A stretch of DNA of 63,275 bases, the filler included, from Octopus bimaculoides (taxonomy: Eukaryota): assembly GCF_001194135.2 (NCBI RefSeq). It is 5 parts of 3 records of this genome, joined end to end, with 100 filler letters (N's around TTAATTAATTAA, not from the genome) between each part and the next. Parts side by side here need not be neighbours in the genome. Positions count along the whole stretch, not along the records: positions 1 to 9,562 come from NC_068985.1; positions 9,663 to 35,580 come from NC_068981.1; 3 more parts are not named here. One strand, 5' to 3'. A program made the translations under genes and the position numbers. Of this stretch, positions 1 to 13,492 are shown one piece after another; position 1 is the stretch's first letter, and each line of letters starts with the position of its first letter. The notes beneath the pieces are model-generated. The model made no database searches, was not told where the DNA came from, and was given only the letters and a program-made list of their open reading frames with translations.

Positions 1-237
1 TATATATATATATATATATATATCAGCTAGAATAATATACACATAAAGCAAATTTAATTAAGTGAATATGAAAATATGAAAAGTTTGAATATAATCATAC
101 GTATAAGAATTCTAAGCACAATAGAATGTGCGGTTTAAAAATAAATAGAATATATAGGTCCACAAACCATGAATTATCGCTTTCATAGAAATAAAGAATG
201 TGCGAAACCATAAATTTCCTCAAAGAAAACCATCTCG

Positions 238-277
238 ATTATTATTATTATCATTATTATTATCATTATTATTATTA

Positions 278-317
<40 letters not shown>

Positions 318-325
318 GATTAATA

Positions 326-362
<37 letters not shown>

Positions 363-370
363 GATTAATA

Positions 371-450
<80 letters not shown>
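238..450. repeat. (ATT)n microsatellite
   Basis: Direct inspection; source of the poly-Ile ORFs. Confidence 0.98.
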
Positions 451-452
<2 letters not shown>

Positions 453-814
453 GTTGCTACCTTGTTCGCTAATCGTCAATTGTTCCCCCATTATCATTGT
501 TGCTTTCGTTCACTTATCTTTCCATTCAACATTATAGAAAATAATACTCTTCTGCCAAATGTTAATGGCAGAGGTGTTCGGTAATGAGTGAAAAGATACA
601 ACACTTATTCGTACATTAATTACTGTTTGCATTCTGATTTAACCCACAGTGAGGCTCCGTAATATTTCAATATATTTCAATTCTGATTTACGCTACGTTG
701 TGCATAAAATGAAAATTGTTCAATGCGGAGCTGAAAAAAAAAAAAATATATATATGCAAATTAGGCAACCATTACGATGCTGGTTTAATTCATGATTACT
801 TTATACACTGCACA

Positions 815-997
815 GGCGCTTAACCTGGTGATTAGGGTGTTACGCTCATGATCGTAAGATTGTGGTTTCGATTCTTGGGTTGTGTTCTTGATCAAAACAC
901 TTCATTTCACGTTGTTCCAGTTCACTCAGCCGCAACTGAGCTTCAGCAATAGCTGGGAAGTCAACTTTGTGAGGACTGGCGCCCTGTTCAGGAGGAA
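815..997 (+). mobile_element. tRNA-derived SINE (head B, start of tail Y), truncated
   Basis: A-box-like and B-box-like (gtttcgattc) head, central gttcttgatcaaaacacttcatttcacgttgttccagttcactcagc, then gaggactggcgccctgttcagg. Confidence 0.65.
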
Positions 998-1486
998 GCC
1001 GTTGTAATTTCAGAAACATATATATATATATATATATATGTTTCTGAAATATATATATATATATATATATATATNNNNNNNNNNNNNNNNNNNNNNNNNN
1101 NNNNNNNNNNNNNNNNNNNNNNNNNNNNNNNNNNNNNNNNNNNNNNNNNNNNNNNNNNNNNNNNNNNNNNNNNNNNNNNNNNNNNNNNNNNNNNNNNNNN
1201 NNNNNNNNNNNNNNNNNNNNNNNNNNNNNNNNNNNNNNNNNNNNNNNNNNNNNNNNNNNNNNNNNNNNNNNNNNNNNNNNNNNNNNNNNNNNNNNNNNNN
1301 NNNNNNNNNNNNNNNNNNNNNNNNNNNNNNNNNNNNNNNNNNNNNNNNNNNNNNNNNNNNNNNNNNNNNNNNNNNNNNNNNNNNNNNNNNNNNNNNNNNN
1401 NNNNNNNNNNNNNNNNNNNNNNNNNNNNNNNNNNNNNNNNNNNNNNNNNNNNNNNNNNNNNNNNNNNNNNNNNNNNNNNNNNNNNN

Positions 1487-1606
1487 CTCACAAGGCTTCG
1501 GTTAGCCCGAAGAAGCCGTAGTAGAAGACCCTGCCCAAAGTGCCACTCAGTGGGAATGAAACCAGAACTATTTGGTTGGGAAGCAAGCTTCTTACCACAC
1601 AGCCAC
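1487..1606 (-). mobile_element. tRNA-derived SINE head (third family), cut by a gap
   Basis: Minus strand gtggctgtgtggtaagaagcttgcttcccaacca...ggtttcattcccactgagtggcac has an A/B-box layout. Confidence 0.7.
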
Positions 1607-1912
1607 AACATATTGATTTTTATGTGAGTAGTTGCAAGCCTCTTGCCCAGGGCTTCTCTAGTTCAGGTGAAAGGGCCGCTGCAAATAAACCCTGTGGGAT
1701 CTTTATCAAAGCGCAACATGTAGTATTCCGAGAAAAAGAGAAAAGTAAGACAGAGACTTAATTCATCGATCTTGGGCGGTTAAAATACAATGTTGATTCG
1801 GGCAGGATTTGAACTCTGATTACAGTCAACCGAGTATAATCCAGCATATTATTTTATTCAGGGTTCTCGCCGCTCAGCGAATTGCCCACCAAATATCAAT
1901 AATTTCGAACTG

Positions 1913-2110
1913 AGGCACCAAACCAGCAATTTCGTGGAGATAGCGTTAAACGATGTTATGAACTCCAGTACTGGACTGGTGCTTTTTTTTAATTATATGC
2001 CCAAAACGGATGAAAGGAAAAGTTGACTTTGGATGGGATTTCAATTTTGGAATTCAACAACCGGAAGAAATGCTCAAATACATAAAACTGAGTGATTTCG
2101 CTAAAAACTT
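1913..2110 (-). mobile_element. Degenerate SINE (fourth family)
   Basis: ggatgaaaggaaaagttgactttgg...ggatt core; related fragments at 25290-25405 (+), 31990-32100 (+) and 47140-47230 (-). Confidence 0.55.
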
Positions 2111-2513
2111 TGAGTAATTTCTCTCATATTAATATGCATCCATTCATCCAAAATTATAATTATACTTAACGATAGATAGATCGACAGATAGAGAGAGAAA
2201 GAGAGGGAGGGGGAGAGAGAGAGAGAGAGAGAGAGAGTCAGACAGACAGACAGGCTGACAGATAGATAGATAGATAGATATCTTTTTATTATAGCCACAC
2301 AGGGCTAAATACAGAAAATGGACAAGTTACAATGCAGAGCTTTTCTTTGGGGGGGGGGGATAATTTCGATCAAAAGGGATCGCGGAAAAAAAAAAGGTGG
2401 GGATTTCGATCATAAGGGATCGCGGGAAAAAAAGGGGGGGGGCGATCAATAGGGATCGTGTATCACAGTCAATGTAAAAAAAACGGGGAACAGGTTAGGT
2501 TTATCCGTGGAGA

Positions 2514-2514
2514 T

Positions 2515-2559
<45 letters not shown>

Positions 2560-2594
2560 CAGATAGATAGATAGACAGACAGACATACAGACAA

Positions 2595-2684
<90 letters not shown>

Positions 2685-2803
2685 TAACGCTGTTTCGGTC
2701 GCTATTGCTGCTGAAACTACTACTACTACTACCACTACATCTACTACTGCTGTTGCTGCTAAAACAACAACAACAGCAGCTACTGCTACTGCTACTACAT
2801 AAC
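2514..2803. repeat. (GATA)n tract followed by a mixed (ACT/GCT/AAC)n tract
   Basis: Direct inspection. Confidence 0.95.
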
Positions 2804-3449
2804 TACAAATCAATGCGGAAGGGTTTAAGTTGTGGCTTGATTTACAAGATGCAGCAGCCAAATCTCTCCCTCCTCAAATCGCACACTACTGTGCCAAAAG
2901 TTGAAGCACAAGATGTAGAATATGATCTAAAAATTACGGTAATTTTTTTTTAATCAGGAGCAGATGGTAAAAGCTGAGCTATTTCGAACAATAACATCTA
3001 CTACTAAAGAGAAGACCATGGGCTAAACAACAACAAAAATCACCCCCATCCCTCGCTACAACCACCACCACCACCTCCAACAACAACAACAATAACTGCA
3101 AACCGTAAGAAAGTTCGCTGAAACAAACGATCAGAGAGGATTATGTTGGCAACGGAGAGAAGAGAGATTGCGGTATCCAGTGTTATTGGATGTCAAAGGT
3201 TACGGAAGAGTGTCCCGATGGACGATAGACGAATCTGATATTATTGATTAGTAACAGGGTGAGAGAGTAGATAGATAGATATATTGGCGGTCATTCAGAA
3301 TTTCTAAGTTCTAAATATATATATATGTAAATATATGTGTGTGTATGTGTGTGTGTGCATGTGTGCATATATGTATACACATCTGAATATGCATACGTAT
3401 GCATATGTATATATGTTAATGTGTACGCATATATATATGCATGTGTGTG

Positions 3450-3482
<33 letters not shown>

Positions 3483-3603
3483 AGATATATATATATACAT
3501 ACATATATATATAGGTAGGTAGGTAGGTATGTAGGTAGGTAGATAGACTATATATCTATATATATTCATATATACATATATATATACATACATATATATA
3601 TAC

Positions 3604-3646
<43 letters not shown>

Positions 3647-3808
3647 NNNNNNNNNNNNNNNNNNNNNNNNNNNNNNNNNNNNNNNNNNNNNNNNNNNNNN
3701 NNNNNNNNNNNNNNNNNNNNNNNNNNNNNNNNNNNNNNNNNNNNNNNNTATATATACATACATATATACATACATATATACATACATATATACACACACA
3801 CATATACG

Positions 3809-3852
<44 letters not shown>

Positions 3853-5469
3853 CATACACGCAAACGCATTAAAAATCTAAATGAATGGATATCCGTCTGC
3901 TGGTTGTTCAAGTGAATTTCCTTGCCATTGAAATATAATGTAAGACTATGGTAAAGCCCACTTGCCCAAATGCTGTTCAGTAGCATCGAACCTGAGACCT
4001 TGTGATTCCGAAGCGTTCTTCTTAACCATTCAGCCAAATGTGGCAGTTTGTGAGCGAAGGGGGTAGAGAGTGCTCAATACCTGCTGGATTATATAGTTCA
4101 TTTAAACTGAAATCGGTTTGTCGTGATCTACTAGAATTAGAAGTTGAATGTGTCGCAAATTTACACAGTAGTTTTAAATAAAGACAGAATGAATAATATG
4201 GTTCTCAGTGCATAATTCCTCAAAATAAGACATGATGGTCCCAGCTGGAGAGCTTTTTAAATAAGTTTGTTTAATCAAGACCAACTTGGAGCGAAACAAT
4301 AAAAACAACATCACCAATAACCATATAAGCGAAAAGTAGAGATCGAAGTCTTCAAGTATATCGTAACGCCAGCATGGATACCGCAATGCATACACAGACA
4401 AAAACGGAATCATTATAGAAAGTGCTTTTTTTTTTTTTAACAAAAAAAGACACCCCATAAAGCAACATGAAAGAATGCAACACCAATTGTACAATAGAAC
4501 TAGCTAGCCTGATTAAAAACTCTGAGCTTACTGCCAACATCACACACAATAGAAACAAAATCCTCAACACCAACGAAACAAACAAATAAGCTAAAGAAGG
4601 AAATAACAAAGAAATTAAATCGTAAAAATACATCGGAAACTGGCAAACATTCGTGTCGAGCGTAAACCACAAAATAAGTAGTAAAACGTAATACGAAGTA
4701 ATTAGTAACATAAAAAAAAACTAGCACCCAATAAAAGCCATACCATACAACACGGCAGTTTAACAGTTCAAGTAACAACGTAGTTGTTTTAACAGCAGCA
4801 AGTAAAGTCATAATGAACTGCTGAATCCCCAGGATCTGAAAACTAGTAAAAACAATTTATAACTTTTGTAAAGTCTAACAAGAACTATATGCGTACATAA
4901 ATACACATACACGCATATACACATACATACATAGATTCATACATACATACATACATACATNNNNNNNNNNNNNNNNNNNNNNNNNNNNNNNNNNNNNNNN
5001 NNNNNNNNNNNNNNNNNNNNNNNNNNNNNNNNNNNNNNNNNNNNNNNNNNNNNNNNNNNNNNNNNNNNNNNNNNNNNNNNNNNNNNNNNNNNNNNNNNNN
5101 NNNNNNNNNNNNNNNNNNNNNNNNNNNNNNNNNNNNNNNNNNNNNNNNNNNNNNNNNNNNNNNNNNNNNNNNNNNNNNNNNNNNNNNNNNNNNNNNNNNN
5201 NNNNNNNNNNNNNNNNNNNNNNNNNNNNNNNNNNNNNNNNNNNNNNNNNNNNNNNNNNNNNNNNNNNNNNNNNNNNNNNNNNNNNNNNNNNNNNNNNNNN
5301 NNNNNNNNNNNNNNNNNNNNNNNNNNNNNNNNNNNNNNNNNNNNNNNNNNNNNNNNNNNNNNNNNNNNNNNNNNNNNNNNNNNNNNNNNNNNNNNNNNNN
5401 NNNNNNNNNNNNNTATATATATGACTTCAACAATGTAACTACACATGTGCTGTTGGTGATTTCTTTTCC

Positions 5470-5615
5470 TTGTTTGGACTTTCCCTTTCTCCTTTCCAAC
5501 GAAAAGCTATGCTCGAAGCGTCAGAAGTTCTCTCCTTTTACTGAGCGTCAAACTAACACATTCCATGTGCACTTTCTCTTGTTTGTTATTGCTAATTTTA
5601 TTGTTCGTTTATTTG
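5470..5615 (+). mobile_element. Penelope-type terminal repeat, older copy
   Basis: cctttccaacgaaaagctatgctcgaagcgtcagaagttctc...gagcgtcaaactaacaca aligns by eye with the 29.1-kb and 50.6-kb copies. Confidence 0.5.
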
Positions 5616-6778
5616 ATTTGATTATACACACACACACACATATACATATATGTTATTCAATATTTCATTTATTCAATAAGACAATCAATACTTCATTTCA
5701 TTTTAGTATATATATTATATATTCTATATCTTACATTAATATTATAAGAATATAAATAACACAAAAAAACTGACTTGGAATTCCTTTGAGTAATATATAT
5801 ATATATATATATATATATCATAAATATATAGGGATTGACAGTAACCTGCTTCTCCAACATACTGAGAATTCAGAAATAGCAGTCAAAGAACTACTGATTT
5901 CAAAACTACAAATTATTACTCCAGATTGATAGCGATATTTTTGATACACACAGAACAAAAAACAATAGAGAAGAGTAAAAAACACTTGCCTTTTAGTTAA
6001 TTTAGTACAATTGTTTCACAGTTAAGAGTACATAATACTCTATTCTGATCTTCAGCTAAATATTCTAATAAATTTGTTAATGTCTAAATAACTCACGTTA
6101 ATTTTGACCATGTGAACATCAATACCACGTGAAGAAGACGTTAAGAAATTTATNNNNNNNNNNNNNNNNNNNNNNNNNNNNNNNNNNNNNNNNNNNNNNN
6201 NNNNNNNNNNNNNNNNNNNNNNNNNNNNNNNNNNNNNNNNNNNNNNNNNNNNNNNNNNNNNNNNNNNNNNNNNNNNNNNNNNNNNNNNNNNNNNNNNNNN
6301 NNNNNNNNNNNNNNNNNNNNNNNNNNNNNNNNNNNNNNNNNNNNNNNNNNNNNNNNNNNNNNNNNNNNNNNNNNNNNNNNNNNNNNNNNNNNNNNNNNNN
6401 NNNNNNNNNNNNNNNNNNNNNNNNNNNNNNNNNNNNNNNNNNNNNNNNNNNNNNNNNNNNNNNNNNNNNNNNNNNNNNNNNNNNNNNNNNNNNNNNNNNN
6501 NNNNNNNNNNNNNNNNNNNNNNNNNNNNNNNNNNNNNNNNNNNNNNNNNNNNNNNNNNNNNNNNNNNNNNNNNNNNNNNNNNNNNNNNNNNNNNNNNNNN
6601 NNNNNNNNNNNNNNNNNNNNNNNNNNNNNNNNNNNNNNNNNNNNNNNNNNNNNNNNNNNNNNNNNNNNNNNNNNNNNNNNNNNNNNNNNNNNNNNNNNTA
6701 TATATATATATACACATATAGATGTAGGTATGTACATATATGTATGGATATATGCATATATTTATATATTATTTATGT

Positions 6779-6809
<31 letters not shown>

Positions 6810-7149
6810 CGTTTGTATGTATGTATGTATATATCTATATATATATCCGTATGTATGTAAGCATATATATGTGTGTAGCATATAGATATTTATAAGTATG
6901 TAACTTTCAATGCCAAAGTTTGCTACAAGTCCTCCCAAGATTTTTCAAATGTATGTCACTACATACCATTCCTTCCTTCGTTCAAGGCAGTAGGGTCTAA
7001 ACGCTTTAGCTCTTCCCAGTAACTGACCTTGTTGCATTGAGACGATCTTCTTTGTCTAGATTCGCAGGATTGTGTCGGGTTCCGCCGTTCATATGTGTGT
7101 GTGTGTGCGTGTAAATATATATATAGGTATATATGCATATATACATATA

Positions 7150-7770
7150 TTGGGCCATCCCATAAAAAATGCCGAGTGGGACAGGATAGACTATCTGCAT
7201 CAACTTGCTATAAAAAGCAGGTAGTAATTTTATCTTGTACTTAGTGCAAGTGTTGAAGAGTGCATTTCGATTTTAACTGTTATTTTTTAAAAGTTATAAT
7301 TGAAGTGACAAAGGAGCATATTCGCCATATTTTTTTTAATGAGTTCCATAAAGACAACAACGCAAAAGCAAGTGCGGGAAATATTAATGCAGTATATGGG
7401 GATCGGACAATAATCGTAAGCCAGTGTCAACAGTGGTTCCAGAAATTCCAAGCCTGAAACTATAGCCTAGAAGACGAGCTTCGTCCTGGAAGGTATGTAG
7501 AGCTCGGAGCAAACCCTGGTGGAACAAAATCCCATCGTAACTGCTGAGACAAGCTTGGATTTGGTCATTCAACCGTTCATAGACACCTGCGTGCCATCGG
7601 AAAAATCAGTAAAGTGGATTAATGTGTTCCTCACAAGCTTTCCGAGTCTAATCACGTGCAGAGAATGAATGTGTGCTCTTCCTTACTGTCACGTCTCACG
7701 AATGAACCTTTTATGGACTGAACAGAGGTTGGTGACAAGAAATATGTTCTCCATGAAAATGTCAAGCAAA
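7150..7770 (+). mobile_element. Mariner transposon, 5' half, degenerate
   Basis: TIR-like ttgggccatcccataaaaaatgcc at 7150. Transposase-like EVTKEHIRHIFFNEFHKDNNAKASAGNINAVYGDRTIIVSQCQQWFQKF*NYSLEDELRPGR, a decayed WVPHKL (tgtgttcctcacaagctt) and the first catalytic-Asp region (ggtgacaagaaa). Stops and frameshifts present. Confidence 0.85.
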
Positions 7771-9042
7771 TAGGTTTGTCGATACAAACGCATGAAACCC
7801 ACAACCCTTGAGTCACTCTGTTACTTCTGCCAAATATTTAAAAAAATAGATAAGTAAGCATATATAGATATATATTAAAATACTGTTATCGCTATTTAAA
7901 ACAAGTAAAAACCAGAATTAATTGTGATGGATTGACTAATTTGAATTCCTAGCTTTACGTTTTATGCACGCCTCAAATGTCCTGCAAAGTTTCAACCTTC
8001 ATATTATCAGCTCCCTAAATTTCCTTTTTAATGTGAATTTATGCCAACTCGATCAAACCAATGACGGAGCCTCTACATATTGGTTCATGGAGTGTTAAAT
8101 ATACTGTTTTAATCGAGGACAGGATGGTCAGATCTAGAAAGTCTCGATTGTAGGTCAGCTCGCTTTTTGCTGATCAGAGGCTAAATTTCAATCACCTAAT
8201 TACCATTTAAAATTAAATACAGTATCATTTAAAATTAATATCAACAAGGAGGGCTTGTAGATTGAGCCAATATTCGTTCGATTGACTACCTACATGAAGG
8301 GTACCTGAAGCCTTTGGGGAACCTTCGGTCTATGAGGTCTTTAACGTCTTGTTTCTGGAATGTATGGATTTCGCACAAAAATACAATTTCGTTGACTATG
8401 TACTATTAAATTTATTCTCCTAAATCTTTTTAAAATGTCATTAAAAATTCACATAAGTTTTGTTTTATTTTCTGTTTTTAAATTTTGTAATTAAATTTTC
8501 GCAAGAAACTCCGTGTATTCGATAAAATTTTCTGAAATTCGGCCTAATTAGATTACATATAATTGAATGAGGTCTTCAAATATTTAGAGAATGTAAACAA
8601 CTTAATAATGTAAGCAGCTATGTGCTTAGAGCCAATTCATTTACATAAACGTACAAATTTGACGCCTGGACAGTAATTACGAGACAAGAATCTGTGTATT
8701 CAGCATGATACGGTCTTTTTCATTATATTATTACATGGCTCGAGTTTCCATAAAGTTTTCGTGTTATGTGTACGAATCCAAAAAGCACTCTCCAATGCAA
8801 TCACACTAAAACGAACCACGATGAGTTTTTACAAATATTTGTCTTCCTCCATATATAAATAGATACATACATATATATGTATATATATGTATGTATGTAT
8901 GTATCTATGTATGTATGTATATTATGTATATATGTGTGTGTGTACATATATATATAAACATCTACATATATATATATGTATATAGACACACACATATATA
9001 TATGTTTATACATACAAGTATATATGTATATGTATACACACA

Positions 9043-9108
<66 letters not shown>

Positions 9109-9119
9109 TATATGTGCGC

Positions 9120-9430
9120 TTATGTATAGCCACTTTGATAGCGGACATAGAGATGGTTAGACGGCCATGCTCAGTTGCAAAGACAAACCGAAGAGAAATA
9201 TTTCAACAATCAATATACGTTATGAGACCTTTCAGTAAGTGGCCCGCGAACTGAAAGACTGGAAATCTGTCTGTCAAATCTGGCTGCATCTATCGGCTAC
9301 GAGAACAAAGAGAGAGGACAAAAGCATTATCGAACATAGCAATAAAATTGCCCCGTAATCCTCACCTTTGCACGATCTGTGGACGGGTTTGAAAGTCCTT
9401 GGTGGGACTGAAATGTTAGACTCGGCTTAA
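9120..9430 (+). mobile_element. RTE-type LINE, ORF2 C-terminal fragment
   Basis: LYSHFDSGHR (cf. LYGEL..G.R..GRP), followed downstream by CTICGRV*KSLVGLK, the C-terminal CxxC knuckle typical of some RTE elements. Confidence 0.6.
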
Positions 9431-9509
9431 AGATCTAAGCTGAATAAGCTAGATAAGTTGTTAGATCCTCATACACCAAAACCTATGGGAGAGTTCATCA
9501 TGTATTATA

Positions 9510-9562
<53 letters not shown>

Positions 9563-9662
9563 NNNNNNNNNNNNNNNNNNNNNNNNNNNNNNNNNNNNNN
9601 NNNNNNTTAATTAATTAANNNNNNNNNNNNNNNNNNNNNNNNNNNNNNNNNNNNNNNNNNNN
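9563..9662. other. Artificial scaffold join (44 N + TTAATTAATTAA + 44 N)
   Basis: Identical layout at four sites. Confidence 0.95.
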
Positions 9663-9764
9663 TATATATATATATATATATATATATGCATATATACATT
9701 CATATATGTATATATACTTACATCTATACGTATATATTCGTTGCGTATTCATATGTGGGCACAG

Positions 9765-10320
9765 GACGTCATGAAACGTGTACAAAAAGAAAACAGTACG
9801 AGTGCATGGAATATGAACAAATTTTCGAACAAAAATACTTCAAATTCCATGTACTCGTGCTAGAAAGGCTCAAAGATTATTCTAGCCAACGCCGGCGTGA
9901 GCGCTATATCATCTGCATGATGTGGAAAATATTTCATCACTATTGTCTTATTGATGCTGGTATCACTTTTAAGATACACCCAGGACTTGGGCGAAGTACT
10001 ACCCGTCCACTAAAATATACACGCATCATACAACAGCAATATAACACAATTATCTCACCTCAATTGACCCCGCTCTCTTTACCATTACACCAAAATACAT
10101 TAAAGCACAAACAGACCACATAAATTTTAATAAGTCTTTGGGCAAATTCCCTTAAGAAATCCCGGATGACCCTCCTACACCCGGATATGTATCCGCAAAC
10201 AATAACTATACGAGTAAGGCTATGTTGTCTAATTACGCATTTGAATGACTTAGCCAAGTAGTGTTATTATTTTAGACATGGCCAGGGTCAATGCTGGCCG
10301 AAAACTATCAAAGTGTCAAG
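9765..10320 (+). mobile_element. CR1-type LINE 3' end (ORF2 C-terminus plus 3' UTR)
   Basis: ERLKDYSSQRRRERYIICMMWKIF...GITFKIHPGLGR, then PPTPGYVSANNNY, and a terminal ggcca-loop-tggcc stem followed by gaaa. Confidence 0.8.
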
Positions 10321-10847
10321 GCATATATATATGTGTGTGAGTGTGTGCATGTGTGTGTGTGCTTGTGTGCCTGCTTCCTCCTCAATCTCAATCACCAACT
10401 CCACACCCGTACCTAACACTCACAATCCCACACACACACGCACATCCACACATATACACACACACGCACACCCCCACATACACACACACTTCTCACCAAC
10501 ACTACACACTCACACAGACACGCATACAATCATACACACATGGGCATAAACGACACACGCATATNNNNNNNNNNNNNNNNNNNNNNNNNNNNNNNNNNNN
10601 NNNNNNNNNNNNNNNNNNNNNNNNNNNNNNNNNNNNNNNNNNNNNNNNNNNNNNNNNNNNNNNNNNNNNNNNNNNNNNNNNNNNNNNNNNNNNNNNNNNN
10701 NNNNNNNNNNNNNNNNNNNNNNNNNNNNNNNNNNNNNNNNNNNNNNNNNNNNNNNNNNNNNNNNNNNNNNTATATATACATATATATATATATGTGTGTA
10801 AGTATGTATGTATATATATATATATATATATATATAAGAAAGGAAAA

Positions 10848-11723
10848 AATAATAATAAGGCAGAATGTTAAACTGAAAGCATATTTTAATATAAATGGGT
10901 GTAATGATTACAAAAGGATTTCAAACCGACTTTCATTGTATGGCAAATTTTCAAGATAAGGAGAAAGAAAATTGTTTTCTTCAAAAAAATAATAAATGTA
11001 TAAAAAATGAATAAATATACCAATACATCATAATGTCTTTAAGCTTTTGAAGTTCGCTTCAAGAGTAGAAGACCATAAAGAACGGATAAATTTCTCATAA
11101 ATCCGTCAAATTCCACTCAGTGGCCACATAGACTCTAGTGCTAGAAATATAAAAAATCCCAAATTTCTCATTTTCCCTCTCTATTAATGTAAAGACAGAA
11201 TCTCTTCACAAGAAAGAATCAACAAGGAGAATCATTTTATTGAAAACTTCCAAACACTTTTTAATATGCAAAGTACACGGTGACCGTGTTCTTTTTTACT
11301 AACTTACCTCATTAAATCTAAGAACAGACGTAAGCATCCTACTGAAAAAGATTCGAGCATTCCAATTAAAGAGTGCAAAACCCCTTATCCACAGGAACTT
11401 GATAATTACTACCCCATTTCCTGTTTGACACATAAACATCCAGCTTTCTTGGAAAAAAAACACTGCACAGAAACACATGCATCCTAAACCCTCCCAACAA
11501 GGTTTTCCACGGAAGACTAGTGAACTTCAAAAGCTTAAAGACATTATGATGTATTAGTATATATATTTTTGTATATATGTATAATTTTTTTTTTTTGAAA
11601 AAAACAATTTTTTCTCTCTTTATCTTGAAAATTTGCCATGCAATGAAAGCCGGTTTGAAATCCTTTTGAAATCCTTATATATCAAAATATGCTTTCAGTT
11701 TAGCATTCTGCCTTATTATTATT
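10848..11723 (+). mobile_element. Penelope-like remnant: GIY-YIG C-terminus flanked by ~205-bp inverted repeats
   Basis: 11056-11265 encodes SRVEDHKERINFS*IRQIPLSGHIDSSARNIKNPKFLIFPLY*CKDRISSQERINKENHFIENFQTLFN (R...H, KE..FI...LN pattern). 10848-11055 is the reverse complement of 11522-11723. Confidence 0.7.
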
Positions 11724-12296
11724 GTCTCTTTTCCTATCATTTCTCCACATGCGGTTAGCACAACCCCATCATTTACTGACTCATATATATATANNNNNNN
11801 NNNNNNNNNNNNNNNNNNNNNNNNNNNNNNNNNNNNNNNNNNNNNNNNNNNNNNNNNNNNNNNNNNNNNNNNNNNNNNNNNNNNNNNNNNNNNNNNNNNN
11901 NNNNNNNNNNNNNNNNNNNNNNNNNNNNNNNNNNNNNNNNNNNNNNNNNNNNNNNNNNNNNNNNNNNNNNNNNNNNNNNNNNNNNNNNNNNNNNNNNNNN
12001 NNNNNNNNNNNNNNNNNNNNNNNNNNNNNNNNNNNNNNNNNNNNNNNNNNNNNNNNNNNNNNNNNNNNNNNNNNNNNNNNNNNNNNNNNNNNNNNNNNNN
12101 NNNNNNNNNNNNNNNNNNNNNNNNNNNNNNNNNNNNNNNNNNNNNNNNNNNNNNNNNNNNNNNNNNNNNNNNNNNNNNNNNNNNNNNNNNNNNNNNNNNN
12201 NNNNNNNNNNNNNNNNNNNNNNNNNNNNNNNNNNNNNNNNNNNNNNNNNNNNNNNNNNNNNNNNNNNNNNNNNNNNNNNNNNNNNNNNNNNNNNNN

Positions 12297-12342
<46 letters not shown>

Positions 12343-13432
12343 GCATACATATATACATGTTTATATTTGATTGGATTTTCCTTCAATACTTACGATCTTT
12401 TTAAGGGAGAAGTAATTACTGAGTGAGAAGACTCATCATATGGAATCAATTCATCCGACTGGCTTCTACACTATTCCTCTTTTCCCATATTTACTCGCAA
12501 TCCTTCCAGTGAGTCAACGATAAGTTAAATTTGCTTCACTAAGTTACTATAGAATGTGATAGGAAGCTAATTATATGTCCGGTCATAGAGAGATGAATGG
12601 TTTCGCACCCATAAAGCGCTTAGCGTTATAGGTGCCAATGGCCGCGGGCATAAAACCTCATTTAAAAATGGAGTTCGAAGAATGTTACGGTCAGTTAATT
12701 ATGTAAACAAATATATATATATTGTCCGATCCCGAGGTGGGGCGAGTAATCGCCCTTAGATCGCTTCCAGTTAGCAAACCATCTGCGGCCCTAACCAACG
12801 AACGGGAAATCTCGCTCTTGCAACTGGTAGCATTTAAATTGCAGACAAGTCCTGAAAGCGTATTTTCTGGAATTTAGAATTCACAGTTTAGCTGATATAA
12901 CACATATTTAGATTTCGTTACAGACATTTTATAAATAGCTTCAGTAGTATTTGAGCATTATGCTTACGACTAGCAAACGGACCATATAGTTCAGCTTTGG
13001 GAGAAAGAAAATATGGAGAAATCATTGCTAATTTAACAGCTCCGAAGTTATAGACGATCTTTGATTAATTTCGGGTTTTATTTGCGAGTAGGACATCGTT
13101 ACGTGTTAGAATATGCGCATTACACAACATTGTATGCGCACGGTCGTTTTGAAGTTCTTAGCCCATAAAAAATTTAAATATATGAATCCTTTTAGAAAGC
13201 AAAAAAAAATGAAAAACGGCATAATAAAAGTAAAAAATATTTACAATAAATACTATTCAAATCTCATATATTTTCTCTATCAATCAGATGCTAAATTACA
13301 AGATTATAGTGAACATGTGACCTATTTTCAAAACTGAGACAATGTAGGAATCTTTTACAAAAAACTTATTGAATTTGTTTATCTCATAAATATAATGTTT
13401 CGTTGACAATATAAATAGACACACACACACTT

Positions 13433-13492
<60 letters not shown>

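Noticed and set aside
4090-4850. A-rich, strand-biased segment resembling a retroelement remnant
   Set aside because: No RT or endonuclease motif could be read in any frame, so it is not classified.
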